This document shows, one piece after another, positions 1 through 17,598 of a DNA stretch of 64,000 nt. Every line of letters starts with the position of its first letter. Within the stretch, counting starts at the first letter, position 1. Both the position numbers and the translations under genes were made by a program. Location: contig CM035359.1 in assembly GCA_020137815.1 (NCBI GenBank), positions 744,001 through 808,000 of the forward strand. Reading direction: 5' to 3'. This DNA comes from Hormiphora californensis (taxonomy: Eukaryota; Animalia; Ctenophora). Under the pieces are notes generated by a model. That model ran no database searches. It worked only from the letters and a program-made list of their open reading frames with translations, and had not been told where the DNA came from.

Positions 1-1075
1 TATTAGTTTTGCGAGTTTGTTTAGGTTAAAGTGTCTCGTTTCGGATTTGTATAATTTTTCTCTTATTGTTTACTCACAATAAGAGGCGTCCGAGTTTATG
101 TTTTGCCTCATCGAGGTCCGGGCAAAACATGAGGACATGTTCTGAGTTCTCTTTTACCTTACACGGTGTGCAATTTGGGTCGATTTTGTTGTCTTTGATT
201 TGTTGGGCTGATGCCAGATTGTTTGTCCTGATATATGGCTTGTGTTAGTTGTCTTAGGCTTTTTGTCTTTATCATGTTGTACTGTTTGTATAGTTTTGGT
301 AGTACTGCTGTAGTGAAAACGTTATACTTTTTCGTTTGTATTTCTTTGAAGATAGTTTTATTTAAGTGTATCGAGATGATAGGTTACTAGTAATTTAATA
401 GTTTAAATTTGATATGTCTGGTCCCCAAATGACGTGGGCTACGAAAGAAGTACCATGATGGTTTTTCTCCTACTCAGTCTGGAATTTTGCTGAGTAGTAG
501 TCCCAGATATCCCTTTATCCTGACCCAAGGCTGGGCGGTCAGGAGGGTGGTATGCCACCAGCTTGGAATTCCCTTTATCCTGACCCAAGGCTGGGAGGTC
601 AGGAGGGTGGTATGCCACCAGCTTGGATATCCCTTTATCCTGACCCAAGGCTGGGAGGTCAGGAGGGTGATGTGCCATCTTCTGTTTCTCCCACCCTTTG
701 CCTGATGGGCTTTAATGGCAAAGGACGGGTTTTGGCCGGTATTTAGCCAGTCTACTTTGGCCCAGTGCACAAGGCTGGGGAGTTGGTGTAATACCGGCCG
801 GGGGTATCTCTAGTCATGGAGAGATGAGTCATGAGCGGATTAGAGAAAGGAAGAGAGAAAAACACACCATCCAAGGAGGGCAGCTCTGTTTCCTTGGAGT
901 GGTATGTGAGATGCTCCAGGCAGTTCAAGAGCTTCATGGTTTACCCCGGGGTATGCCGGGTCACCCCTGAAGATTCCCTGTCTGGTCTGTAGGACACTAT
1001 TGCTATCTAAAATAATAGACATTAGCCGCGGCCTGCATCTCAAGGGCGTGGGAAGGAATCTCACCATTCCTAACG
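1..1075 (-). pseudogene. Degenerate non-LTR retrotransposon ORF2 remnant lying in a FAM135 intron
   Basis: The minus strand at ~122-182 reads SDPNCTPCKVKENSEHVLMFC (LINE ORF2 C-terminal CCHC knuckle). ~955-990 reads RQGIFRGD, resembling the RT 'GIxQGD' motif. The frames are broken. Confidence 0.6.
505..670. repeat. 60-bp tandem repeat, ~3 copies
   Basis: ccctttatcctgacccaaggctggg(a/c)ggtcaggagggtg recurs at 511, 571 and 631. Confidence 0.9.
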
Positions 1076-1124
1076 GTAACCAGTGTATTGTAACCATTGT
1101 AACCAGTATAACTCACTTTTTCAG

Positions 1125-6538
<5,414 letters not shown>

Positions 6539-7177
6539 ATTACCGGGACTGATTAGTATCTGTACAATGAATTACACTGATCTGTGGGATCTTAGATCAT
6601 GTAACCAAGAGAATATATTAACTGGGAAGAGAGCCCTGTTATTAAAATAAGAATTGAGATTATGTGTGTAAAAATATGTTGTTGGCTGATGTGTCAGTGG
6701 GTTATTATAATTCTATATACCCTGCTAACTTAAATAACCCGCCAGTCCCACTAGCGCGCTCTCAATAAACAGCCAGTCCAGCGGCAGATTATTTCCCACT
6801 GGCAGGTTATTTATTTTGAACATTCAAAGTGTGTGTAAATGATCAGTTCTTACTAAAATACAGAGGGAACACTATGTGCAACACTTACACACTACATTGG
6901 AGAGAAAGAAAGGACACATTCCGTCAATTACTCTCTCTTTATCTCCCCTTTTGTCTCACTATCTCTTCCTCTGTGTTATGTGTGACATGCCCCTTATCAG
7001 GCTATTTCTTTCACTCTCTTTCCTTAGCAACTGCTTAGTAACTGTTACCAAACAGTGTACACTCAATTGTGAGGTGTTTTAACTATTTCTCAGTCCTCTT
7101 TGAGTGTTTTGATTAGTGTTCTCTCTCTTGTTGGTGTGTAATACTTGAAATAAACAACTAAAGCAGGGTATATAACC

Positions 7178-7365
7178 TATAAACTCTGACCACTGGCACG
7201 TTATAGGTTTAAACCCCTCCGCCTCTCCCTCGGCTCCGCCTCGGGATCGTCGTCGTGATTTAAACCAGTTTATCCGCCAGCGGCGGATAAACTTCAGCTA
7301 ACTTCTCCCAGCGGCGCGCTGGGAGAAAGTTATCTGAAATAACGCGCCAGTGGCCAGAGTTTATA
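7178..7365. mobile_element. 188-bp structured mini-element (TIR plus three internal hairpins)
   Basis: 27-bp TIR tataaactctgaccactggcacgttat / ataacgcgccagtggccagagtttata. Related to 55787-55979 and 58384-58575. Confidence 0.75.
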
Positions 7366-7869
7366 CCTCATATATCTAATCTTGTGGTGTATCAGTTAGT
7401 GACATTCTGAACACGTTTTGATTTAGTCAGGTCCGTATTGTAGGAGCTTTGGAAGGGGAATATTTTAAGGTTAATGTGAGTTTTTATTGTGTGCTCTCTC
7501 TTTTTAAATAGTTTGATATACACACACCTACCCCTTATAAAGGCGTTAGAAGTAAAGAAAAGATTATTATTCATCCTTTAAAAAGATTATTATTCGTCGT
7601 ATAAGCTCAATTAGGGCTTTCTAAATATAATAATTTAACCGTATAATATAGTTGGTGGATGAAGTGAAAAGAACTTTAGGGTGAATAGTTGAATCTTAAC
7701 GAGAATTATATTGATACACTACCCCATTTAAGATATTAAAGTTATTCTGGGACGTCCAATGACAATATCATAAAGATTCTTTAGTCGATGTAGCTACTTG
7801 TGAAAGCTGGTTTTTAGATTCGTTTTATTAAATTTAAACCATCCTAATATTATTTGTCGTACCAGTTTT

Positions 7870-8134
7870 AACAAGGCTGTTTGTATAGTGAGAATACGAT
7901 ATCGGTATCAGTGAGACACGGTAAGAAGACGCGCAAGTGTGGCCAATCAGAGCGCCTGATTAACAACACGTGTGTCCTTCAAAGTGCTAATCACGTGATA
8001 CCCATATATGGTGCTATAAAAGTACAAAGTGCTGATTCAATGCTTCATGCCGTGGAACCCTCGCGCCCTACGTTTAGCACACACCAAAGTACCGTGTTGT
8101 TCAGATACCGTATTCCCACTACAAGCAGCGCTGT
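7870..8134. mobile_element. MITE related (inverted) to 52860-53040
   Basis: Shares cccactacaagc and gacgcgcaa...gtggccaatcag segments with the 52860 element. Confidence 0.5.
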
Positions 8135-8180
8135 AAGGGCCAATTGGGGAGAGGGGTACCAATTACCTTTGCCCTAGTAA

Positions 8181-11100
8181 AGGTCGCGCGGGCAATTATG
8201 GTGAAAATTGGCCAATCTACAAACATTAATGCGCGAATCCTCAACAATATTGGCCAATCTTCGCTGGATGCGCAAATAGATTGGCCAATCTTCGCTGGCC
8301 ATGGCTGAATTTCACAGCTGTTTCGCGCGCACACAACCCAAGATAACTGGTTTCGCGCCCCACGTCTATGCGGATGCCACTCGATGCTCGCCAAATCCCC
8401 CGGTAAGGGATCAGCCGATGATGCTATTTGAATAATGTTACTTTGCTGGCAACATGCTTCCAATGAGATTCAATAACATGCAGCAATGTGAATTGGGATG
8501 ATCCAATTATGAAATGTTACTTTTCGGTTTTAACGGGTTTACGGGTTTTTCATCGGGGGCAGTAAATAACTATACTGTGTTGGGGAAATCAAATGATTTA
8601 AAAAGTGACCCCAAAGAGGTTTGGCAGAACCCCCGGAAATTTTAAATTTTTTAGCATAAGGGGAAAACCTTTTTCCCCCAGGCCCCCCTTTTTTAGGGCC
8701 AAAACGGGGGGCGGGGCCCCAATGCCAGAGGGTACTCGCGAATGGAAAACCGGTTCCCCCCGGGCCCCCCCAGGATCTCTCGCCAGACACAAAAGGGGTC
8801 GAGGAGATTTAAAAAACCCTTCCCAGAAATTTCGGGTTTGTTTTTGAAGGGCCGTTTATAAAAAATTAAATTTTTAAAAAATGATAAAATTATACCCCCA
8901 AAAAATTTAAAAATTTAAAGAGCGGTTTTTTTGGCTCAGTGACAGCAGCTTGTTTTGTCCCCCCTCGGGGCTTTGGGTTCGGGGACCAGAGCTTTCGCCC
9001 CTTTTTTCCCAATTTTTTTAAAAAACCCCTTTTTGGGAAATTTGGAAAAGTAGGGGAAAGTTGGGGTTAAATTTCGAATAAAGGGGAAACCCAAAATCCC
9101 ATTTTAAAACCCTAGAAAACACTTGATAAAATTTCATGAATAAAAAACCCGGTAACCCGGGAATTTAAATTAATGAGTTTGGTCCCCATCTCCATTAGTC
9201 TTTCTCTCCCATTCCCAGTATAACATCCCCTAGCCTTACCCCGGGGACAAAATACACCCCAAATTCCCAATTTTGGCAAAAAAAAGAAAAAAGTTATTTT
9301 TAAATTTCCCTCTCTCAGGTCTCTCATTGAAAACCAAAAAGGCTCTTTGCCCAAAAGGCGGGATAAACCCAAACCTCAAATTCACCCCGTGTTACCCTCG
9401 TTTTGTAAATATGTGGAAACCGGTCACTCTGGGGGGGGCCCTCCACGAAAACTAAATTCAGTTTAGTTTAAAAATTTAGAAGTAAAGTTAGTGAGCGACT
9501 AAATCTCGCAAAAATTTTAGATAACCGTCCAAAAACAACTTTTGTTTCAAGGTTTGGCCCCCGACCCAGGGAACTGAGGGGGAAATCCCAGTGTTTAGAA
9601 TGCGACCCCCCAAAGGGGCACTCTTTTTTTTTCCATCACGTAAAAGATATACCCGGACATACAATAAGTGGAAGAAATGGTAATTGAGAAAAGAAATCCA
9701 ATGGCCAAATTTCCCAAGGGAAATTGGGGTCCCAAAGGGGGAAAAGGGGGTAAAAAACCCGGGGGGCCAAAAAGGGGGAAGAGGGGGAAAGAGAGGGAAA
9801 AGGGGAAATTTGGGGAAAAAGGGGGGAATGAGAAATTTGGAAAGGGGGAAAGGGGGGTGGGGGGAATTTTTTTGATTTTTATTTGGGAATAAAGGCCAGT
9901 TTAGGGAAATTTTCCCCCAAAAGGGAGGGGAAATTTTAAAACCGGGCCCGGAGGGGCCCCGGAAAGGGGGATAAAAGAGAGGGGGAATTTTTGGGGGAAG
10001 ACAAAAGGTTTCGGGGCAAACGAAGGGGGAAAGTGAGAGGGGGGGGATAGAGGAGTTTGGGGAAGAGGGGGGGGGGGAATGTTTTTGGGTTTGAGAGAGA
10101 AGAGGGAATGAGAGGGGAGAAAGAGGGGGGGACTGAGATTGGGAGAGGGGGGAAAAAAGGGGGGGGAATGAGAGAGAAGGGAGAGAGAGGGGGGGAGGAG
10201 AAACTTTTAAGAGAATAGGTATTTATTTTTGATACTTTCCCTATGATTTTGTATTTTTAAAAACATAATCGGGGAATTTCATCGGTATAATTTTTCTTTT
10301 TGGGCCCCCCCGGGAAAACTATCTTGAGAATTTACTGCAAATTTTTTTCCCCGATACGCAGTCGGTATCGGCAATTAAAGCGCGAAAGGGCTGGGCACCG
10401 GGCCTTGGGCCGGGGTTTGTGAGAGTGACAGACGGGGGAACAGGTTCAGTCAAATTTTTCCCTTTTTCATAATCCTCTCATATTTCTGGGATTTGCACAA
10501 AGGGAATTCTTCTCCCCCCTTTATTCTTTCCCTTTTTTAAAATTAGTTTTTAAAATTTTAAAAATTTCAATATCTCAATTTATCATGTAAGCGGGTATGC
10601 CAAAGACAGCCGTGGCCTTTTTGGAAATTTTTGGGTCATTTTTGGGGTGGTTTTGGGAAAAAACCCCATTTCCACAATAGAAAAATTTAGTTTAAATTTA
10701 GACCCCTTTTGGGGGGTTGGGTTTAAATTTTCCCCGGCCTGTTTGTCGAAATTTTATTTGCTGGGGTTTAAAGTGGGGTTTTAGGGGGGTTCAGTTTTGA
10801 AATGGGGGGTGAAATCACGGGGATTGTCCCAAAGTGGAGGGGGTTTTTAGGGGGGGAACTAACCCCTTTCTTTTAAAACCCCCCAAATCAAAAGCACAAA
10901 CAACCAACACTAATTCTGTAGTTCGTGGCCGAAAACCCGTAAAAGCTCCCCAAAAATTTTTCACAAAAAAAGGCCTAATTATTTCGAGATCTAAAAAGTT
11001 TAGTATGTTGTGGGGGGGACACCCAAAACCGTCAAATAATACTTTTGGTGATTTTAAATGAGAGAGGTCAGGGGCTCTATCCCCAAATTTAAATTTGTGG

Positions 11101-13560
11101 GGAAAAACTAGGGAATCTTTTCGATTTTAAAATTTTGGGGACCAATAAAAACATATTTTCTCGTTTCTTCTCCCATTTTTCCCCCAAAATTTCCTTTTCC
11201 CTTTTCCTGAATGAAATTATTCCCTTTAAAAAACTCTGATCTAAAATAATTGGGCCCCCTTTGAGTGGGGAAAATTTGGGAAAGCTGGAGAGTTTTTATC
11301 GATTTGTCCAAACTACAAATTAGTTTGGGGGTTTGGGTGTTTGAGTGGGTTTTAGAGAGAGATTGGGTTCCACAAAAAAAACCCCCTCCACGGGGTTAAA
11401 AGTCAGGGTGATTTCCGCCCCATTTCACACTGAACCCAAATAATTTAAAAAACCCCCACAACCCTACCCAAAAAAAATTTCGACTTTTAAAACGGGGTGG
11501 GGAAAATTTACCCAAACCCCAAAAGGGGCGGTCTAAATTGAAACAAATTTTTACTATTGGGGGGAAATTCTTTCCCCGGGGAAACGACCCCAAAAAACCC
11601 CCCAAAATTCCCAAAAAAAGGGCCCCACGTTTTGTCTTTGACATTTTAAATCCCTTACATGATAAAATTAAAGAAATTTAAAAATTTTTTTAAAATTGAA
11701 AAAAATCTTTAATAGGAACGAGAAAAGGGGGGAGAGGGGAGAATCCTTATGGGGCTTTATCCCCAAAAAATGGGAGAGGATATATGAAAGGTTTTAATTG
11801 GGACAGTACTTCTCAAGGGGTAAAAGGGGGGGCCCAAAAAGGAAAAAAAGGGAAAGAACCCGGGGGAGAAAAAATTAAAAGGGGAAGGGGAGGGGAGAGC
11901 AAAAAGAAAAAGGAGAGGAAAGAGAGAGGGGAGGAGCAGCGCGGCAAAAAGAGAGAGAGAGAGAGAGAGGGGAAAAAGAGGGGAGGAGGGAGAGAAGAGA
12001 TCGAGAGGAGAGAGAGGGGAGGAGGAAGAGAGGAGAGGCGGGAGGGGGGGAGGGAGAGGGGAAGAGAGAGGAGAGAGAAGAGGGAAGGGAAGAAGCAGGG
12101 GACGGGGAAAAGGGAGGAGAGGGACCGGGGGGGGGAAGAGGAGGAGAGAGAGGCGAGGGAGAAGGGAGAAAAGGGGAGGAAGAGGGGAGAGAGAGAGACG
12201 AGAGGGGGCGAAAAAAAGGAGGGGAGAAGAGAGAGGGGGCCCCCGGGGAGAAAAGGATAGCGAGAGAGGCGAGGAAGAGAAAGAGAGGGGTCCCATCTCT
12301 CTCCATTTTCCCCTCTTTAGTTCTTTCTCGCCCTTATGGCCCCTTTTAAAAAAAATCAAGTCCCCCCCCTTTTCCTCTCTTCCCCCCCCTTTCCCCCGCC
12401 CCAAAATTTTAAATTAAAAACGTTCTTTTCCCCCCATATCTTAAATTCCCCCTTCCCCCCCACCCCCAACCCCCCCTTAAATCCCAATCTTCCAACTACC
12501 CCGTAAAATGATCCCCCTTAAATTCCCCACCCCAAAACCAAAAACCCAAAGAAAAATTCTTCCTTTTTCCCCTTATTTTAAAAATTTTTTCCCAGGTTCC
12601 CCTTTTAAAATTAAAATTAAAAACCTTTTTTTCGTTTTCCCCTTTTCTTCAGGTGTGGCAAGGGGCTTTTTAAAATTATCGCCCCATTGAGAAAAGGGGC
12701 CCAAATTTGGGCCCAGTGGATCTCTTTCTAAATTTTCATAATTTAAATTCAAATTTCAACACAAAAAACTAAATTTTAGTTTCGGGGGGGAGGAAAACCC
12801 GGGGAAGGAATAGTAAAAAAACATGTTTGCCAGTTTAAAAACCGAGAAAACCCGGGAAGGACAAGCTCCGGAAAAAAAACCCAAGGATAAGTTAGAAGGG
12901 GGTCCATAAGGGGGAAAATTCACGAGGAAAAATGGGGGAAAAGCGGAGGAGGAGAAGAAACACAAAGAAGGGGGGAAAAACCCAAGGGTGGAGGTTTTGG
13001 GAACCCCAGGGGGTTTTTGGGAAAAGGGAAACCCAGCAGGAAAAATTGAGAAAAAAAGAATGCCGAAGGGGATAAAAAATTAAATGGAGAAAAAGGCAGG
13101 AAGGTTTTTAGAATAGGGGTTTAGAAAAAAAGGGGTTTAGATGTTTTTTAAAAAGGGTTTTAAGACGGGAAAAGGGGGTGGAAAAGGGGGTTAGAAGGGA
13201 AAAAGGGGAGAAAGGAAGGTTTTAAGTTTTTTTACAAAAGGTTTTATAGCACGGGAAAGGGGGTTTGGGGGGTGGTGGGTGGTAGAAATTTTGGCAAAGG
13301 GTTAGAAAAGGAAGGGAGATGTTTCACGAAGCCCTTTGCTTGGGGTAACCGTTCCCGGCATTCCAAAGGACTTTAGGTTTGCTTTTTAAAAAATTTTGCG
13401 CGGCAAAAAATTTTTAAGCGCGGCTTTACTTTGCGCGTTTCTAAAAAACAGCGAAGATGGCCAATATATTGCGCACCAGCAAAGAGGGCCCAATTTGTTG
13501 AGGATTCGCGCATTAATGTTGTAGATTGGCCAATTTTCACCATAATTCCCCCGCGCGATT
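8181..13560. mobile_element. ~5.4-kb TIR DNA transposon (Kolobok-like termini); interior unreadable
   Basis: 8181-~8330 (aggtcgcgcgggcaattatggtgaaaattggccaatctac...) is the inverted match of ~13425-13560. Flanks are gtaa / ttaa. Confidence 0.6.
8520..13400. other. Low-accuracy (homopolymer-inflated) sequence
   Basis: Extreme density of G/C/A/T homopolymer runs with abrupt boundaries. The right TIR copy is error-laden relative to the left. Confidence 0.75.
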
Positions 13561-14047
13561 TTAAGGGGGACTTTCAGCTGATAAAATAGCACTGTGTGTT
13601 TCCATTGTTGAGCCCTGCACCCACCACTCAACAAGTTTCCACCATGTTATAATGTGGTCCTACAGATTGCCTGCCTGCTGAAACAGAGCAATCGTCTCAA
13701 TCAGCTTCTCGAGATGAAGGATTAAGATTTCTATCTTACCGAGAAGTTTGGGCTCAAGACCAATCAGAGGCGTGGATTTGAAATAAAGGTCTCTGATTGG
13801 CTCATGCACCGAAAACGTATCTGGTAGTGGTATCTCGCTGTACTTCTTATCTCTGAAGTGTGTGTTCAGTAGTAGATTCACAAACAACACACACACAACT
13901 TTTCGAGGGAGAGACATCAAACAACAAAAAGTGTGGGATGGGTAATGGTTTCACCAAAGGGGGAAAAAAAAAAAAAGGAAAAGGGGGCAGGGGGGGGGGG
14001 AAAAAAAAAAAAAGAAAAAAAAAAGGGGGGAAAAAAAAAAAAAAGGG

Positions 14048-14080
<33 letters not shown>

Positions 14081-14479
14081 GGAAAAAAAGGGGGGGGGGC
14101 CCCCCCCCCCCCTCCCCCTCCCCCTCCCCTCTCCCCCTCCCCCTCCCCTCTCTCTCCCTCCTTCATCAAAGATCCGTCTATTTCCTACTGCGCCACAGAT
14201 GTGATCCCCTACGAATACTTGTATGGCATACCGCGATCCATGGTGGTGTAAATTCTTTCCTGACACGCATTAGATACAACCATTAAATCACAACTTTATA
14301 ACCCGAGTTGCGTGCCCTTTGATATTACTGCTGCTGCAGCAGTAGACGCAGTGTTGTTAGGCGTGTTCTGGTCACTAGATCACGTGGTGTAGAGTAGTAG
14401 TTGGGGGAAGTAGGTGGCAAAGGCCGGATCATTTGATATACGATATCACCTCTTGTATTTAACTATCCTCACTCTCCCT

Positions 14480-15915
14480 GGGGGGGTTCCAACCTATTTC
14501 GTGTACGCTTGTACGGAAAAAAACACGGGTTTCCTCAAACAAAAAAATACAAAAAAATACAAAAAAATACAAAAAAATACAAAAAAATACAAAAAAATAA
14601 AAACAGTTTTATATGGTAATTTACCATTATTGTTCGAACTTTTACTGTTTTTAAACATTCTTCCACGCTCTTTCACGCAATTTAGCACAAAATATATACA
14701 TATTTTACATATGTAGCATGCCAAAATCGCGAGAGAAATTTCCCCGAATCGCAATTTCTTACCGAGAAAATTTTCTCGAATCGTATTTTCTAAGCGAGAA
14801 AATTTCCCCGAATCGCAATTTCTTACCGAGAAAATTTTTCCCGAATCGTATTTTCTAAGCGAGAAATTTCCCCCGAATCGCAATTTCTTACCGAGAAAAT
14901 TTTCCCGAATCGTATTTTCTAAGCGAGAAATTTCCCCGAATCGCAATTTCTTACTGAGAAAATTTTCCCGAATCGTATTTCTAAGCGAGAAATTTCTCCG
15001 AATCGCAATTTCTTACCGACAAAATTTTTCTCGAATCGTATTTTCTAAGCGAGAAATTTCCCCGAATCGCAATTTCTTACCGAGAAAATTTTCTCGAATC
15101 GTATTTTCTAAGCGAGAAATTTCCCCGAATCGCAATTTCTTACCGAGAAAATTTTCCCGAATCGTATTTTCTAAGCGAGAATTTCCCCGAATCGCAATTT
15201 CTTACCGAGAAAATTTTTCCCGAATCGTATTTTCTAAGCGAGAAATTTCCCCGAATCGCAATTTCTTACCGAGAAAATTTTCCCGAATCGTATTTTCTAA
15301 GCGAGAAATTTCCCCGAATCGCAATTTCTTACCGAGAAAATTTTCCCGAATCGTATTTTCTAAGCGAGAAATTTCTCCGAATCGCAATTTCTTACCGAGA
15401 AAATTTTCTCGAATCGTATTTTCTAAGCGAGAAATTTCCCCGAATCGCAATTTCTTACCGAGAAGATTTTCTCGAATCGTATTTTCTAAGCGAAAATTTC
15501 CCCGAATCGCAATTTCTTACCGAGAAAATTTTCTCGAATCGTATTTTCTAAGCGAGAAATTTCTCCAAATCGCAATTTCTTACCGAGAAAATTTTCTCGA
15601 ATCGTATTTTCTAAGGGAGAAATTTTCCCGAATAGCAATTTCTTTCCGAGAAAATTTTCTCGAATCGTATTTTCTAAGCGAGAAATTTCCCCGAATCGCA
15701 ATTTCTTACCGTTTATGTATAGCTGGGTTCCGTTTATGTTCATGTACATGTATGATTATCCTTTTTTCACGCCCCCCACATCCTTCATTATTTTTTGTAT
15801 TTTTTGTATTTTGTTGTATTGTTGTATGGAAAAAAACAGGAATTTGGATACATTTATGTATGGTCCGTACAAAAAAATACAAAAAAAATACAAAAAAATA
15901 GGTTGGAAACCCCCC
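14480..15915. mobile_element. TIR element carrying an internal 63-bp tandem array
   Basis: Ends gggggggttccaacctattt / aaataggttggaaacccccc, with subterminal (aaaaaaatac)n. No clear TSD. Confidence 0.65.
14729..15710. repeat. 63-bp tandem repeat (dimer of 31/32-bp subunits), ~15 copies
   Basis: Unit gcgagaaatttccccgaatcgcaatttcttaccgagaaaattttcccgaatcgtattttctaa. Confidence 0.92.
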
Positions 15916-16233
15916 AATCTAAACAAGCTTTCGCGCAAACTCTACGTTCGATATAGATAGACACTCGATCGCAGCCTCTCTCTCTCTCTCTCCCTTCATC
16001 CCTCCCTCTCTATCTTTTTCTCTCTCTCGCTCCCTCTCGATATCTCTCTTTATCCCTCTATCTACCTAGACCTCTCCCTTTTTCTCTCCCTCGTGGCTCG
16101 TTCAATGTCTACTGTCTCTCGCAAGACATTCTGATCACTATTTTAGAGTACCAGTATTTGGTGTAACTTAGTTACTACACGTCTAGATGGCACATGCCGA
16201 TGATCTCCCCTCTCAATTCTTACCCTTTCTCTC

Positions 16234-16283
<50 letters not shown>

Positions 16284-16287
<4 letters not shown>

Positions 16288-17509
16288 CTTGCTTGTTCTT
16301 ATCGCTTGTGCATTGAAAATCGGCCGTCTCTTATCTTTATAGTTGTAACGGTCACTTTTCACCGTTATGAGTGTGAGTCCTAGAGTCTTGGTTAGTGGCA
16401 ACAAGTCAATTAGTGACTCAGAGCTGGAAAATGTACATGTAGAAACTGTGGAGATGATAGAGGAACTATTTGCGATGGCTGGAGCACGTCCCACCACGGG
16501 CGTGTTTAGTGCAGAGTATAATGGTGCAGAGGAGAGTTTATGGGACACTTTATCTGCCCCCTCTAAGTACAAATTAGATAAGGTGGATAAAAATGATTTA
16601 GTTGCGTGGGTGGAGATGACTGGCAAGTTGTTGGTTGAGAGGTTGTTCCCTGTAATGAGGAGCCAGTTTAATGAAGCTAGGAAGTGCAGTGAGATAGAGA
16701 AGAAGCTCATAGAGCGTCAGGAGGATCTTATCTCCGCCCAGAAGGCACTAGTTGGTGCCCAGGAGCAGTTACTTAAACTGCAGGAGCAGCTCTTGGAGAA
16801 GAGAGAGGAAGTGATTACAGAGGTACAGACTATTGCAAAAGAGGAGATTCATAGCTTCTCATCTGCGTTAAAGAGGGAATGCGAGACAGCCTTGGCTCCT
16901 AGTAGGATCCAGAAGGCTGTTGCTGCAGCAAGCGAGGATAGGTCGTGTAATATTGTCATCCACGGGCTGACTGACAGTCCTGGAGACAGCGAGGAACTGT
17001 TACCGGAGCTGTGGACAACACTCGCGGAGAAACCTCTTGTGAAACGTGCTCAGCGGTTGGGGAGATTTTCAGCAGGTCAGACTAGACCCCTGAAGTTAAC
17101 CCTGACAAGTAAGGAGATGCAGTCGTGTATTCTTGGTAAGAAGACACGACTTAGAGAGAGTGAAGTGTTTTCCCGAGTTTATATCTCTCCCGACCTTACT
17201 TCTGAGGAGAGAGCGGCTCGGGCGGTCCTTGTGAAAAAGTTGAAAGAGGAGAAGGAGCGGAGCCCTGGGAAGTCGTTTAGGATCAAAAAGGGCGAGGTGG
17301 TGGAGGTCTCCTCGGGGACACAGTAGTACTTACTGAGAGTGCTATTCATTTAAGTTTCTTCTTTTCATTTATTTCATTAAATTGCCTTCTTTGTTTGCTA
17401 TAGTGTTCCTGTTGTTATCTATTAGACCAGCAGGAACATTCCAACGGGTCCATTACTAAAGTGGATTCCAAGCTACTTCAGCTAAACCTTGTCAAAGGTA
17501 ATCAAAGGT

Positions 17510-17512
<3 letters not shown>
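16284..17512 (+). mobile_element. ORF1-only non-autonomous non-LTR retroelement inserted in (CT)n
   Basis: (CT)n on both sides (16228-16283 and 17513-17595). Single ORF, short 3'UTR with an 11-bp stem tgttcctgttg/cagcaggaaca, and a tail of 2x tcaaaggtaa. Confidence 0.65.
16367..17326 (+). CDS. LINE ORF1-like protein (coiled coil plus L1/CR1-L2-type RRM/CTD region), 319 aa
   Basis: Intact intronless ORF. Motifs EDRSCNIVIHGL, RLGRFSAGQTRPLKLTL and VYISPDLTSEER follow a heptad-rich segment. Confidence 0.82.
   Translation: MSVSPRVLVSGNKSISDSELENVHVETVEMIEELFAMAGARPTTGVFSAEYNGAEESLWDTLSAPSKYKLDKVDKNDLVAWVEMTGKLLVERLFPVMRSQFNEARKCSEIEKKLIERQEDLISAQKALVGAQEQLLKLQEQLLEKREEVITEVQTIAKEEIHSFSSALKRECETALAPSRIQKAVAAASEDRSCNIVIHGLTDSPGDSEELLPELWTTLAEKPLVKRAQRLGRFSAGQTRPLKLTLTSKEMQSCILGKKTRLRESEVFSRVYISPDLTSEERAARAVLVKKLKEEKERSPGKSFRIKKGEVVEVSSGTQ

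Positions 17513-17598
<86 letters not shown>

Noticed and set aside
8539-14286. K/G/F/P-rich ORFs, also at 60342-63302
   Set aside because: Translations of homopolymer-inflated sequence and GA/CT tracts.
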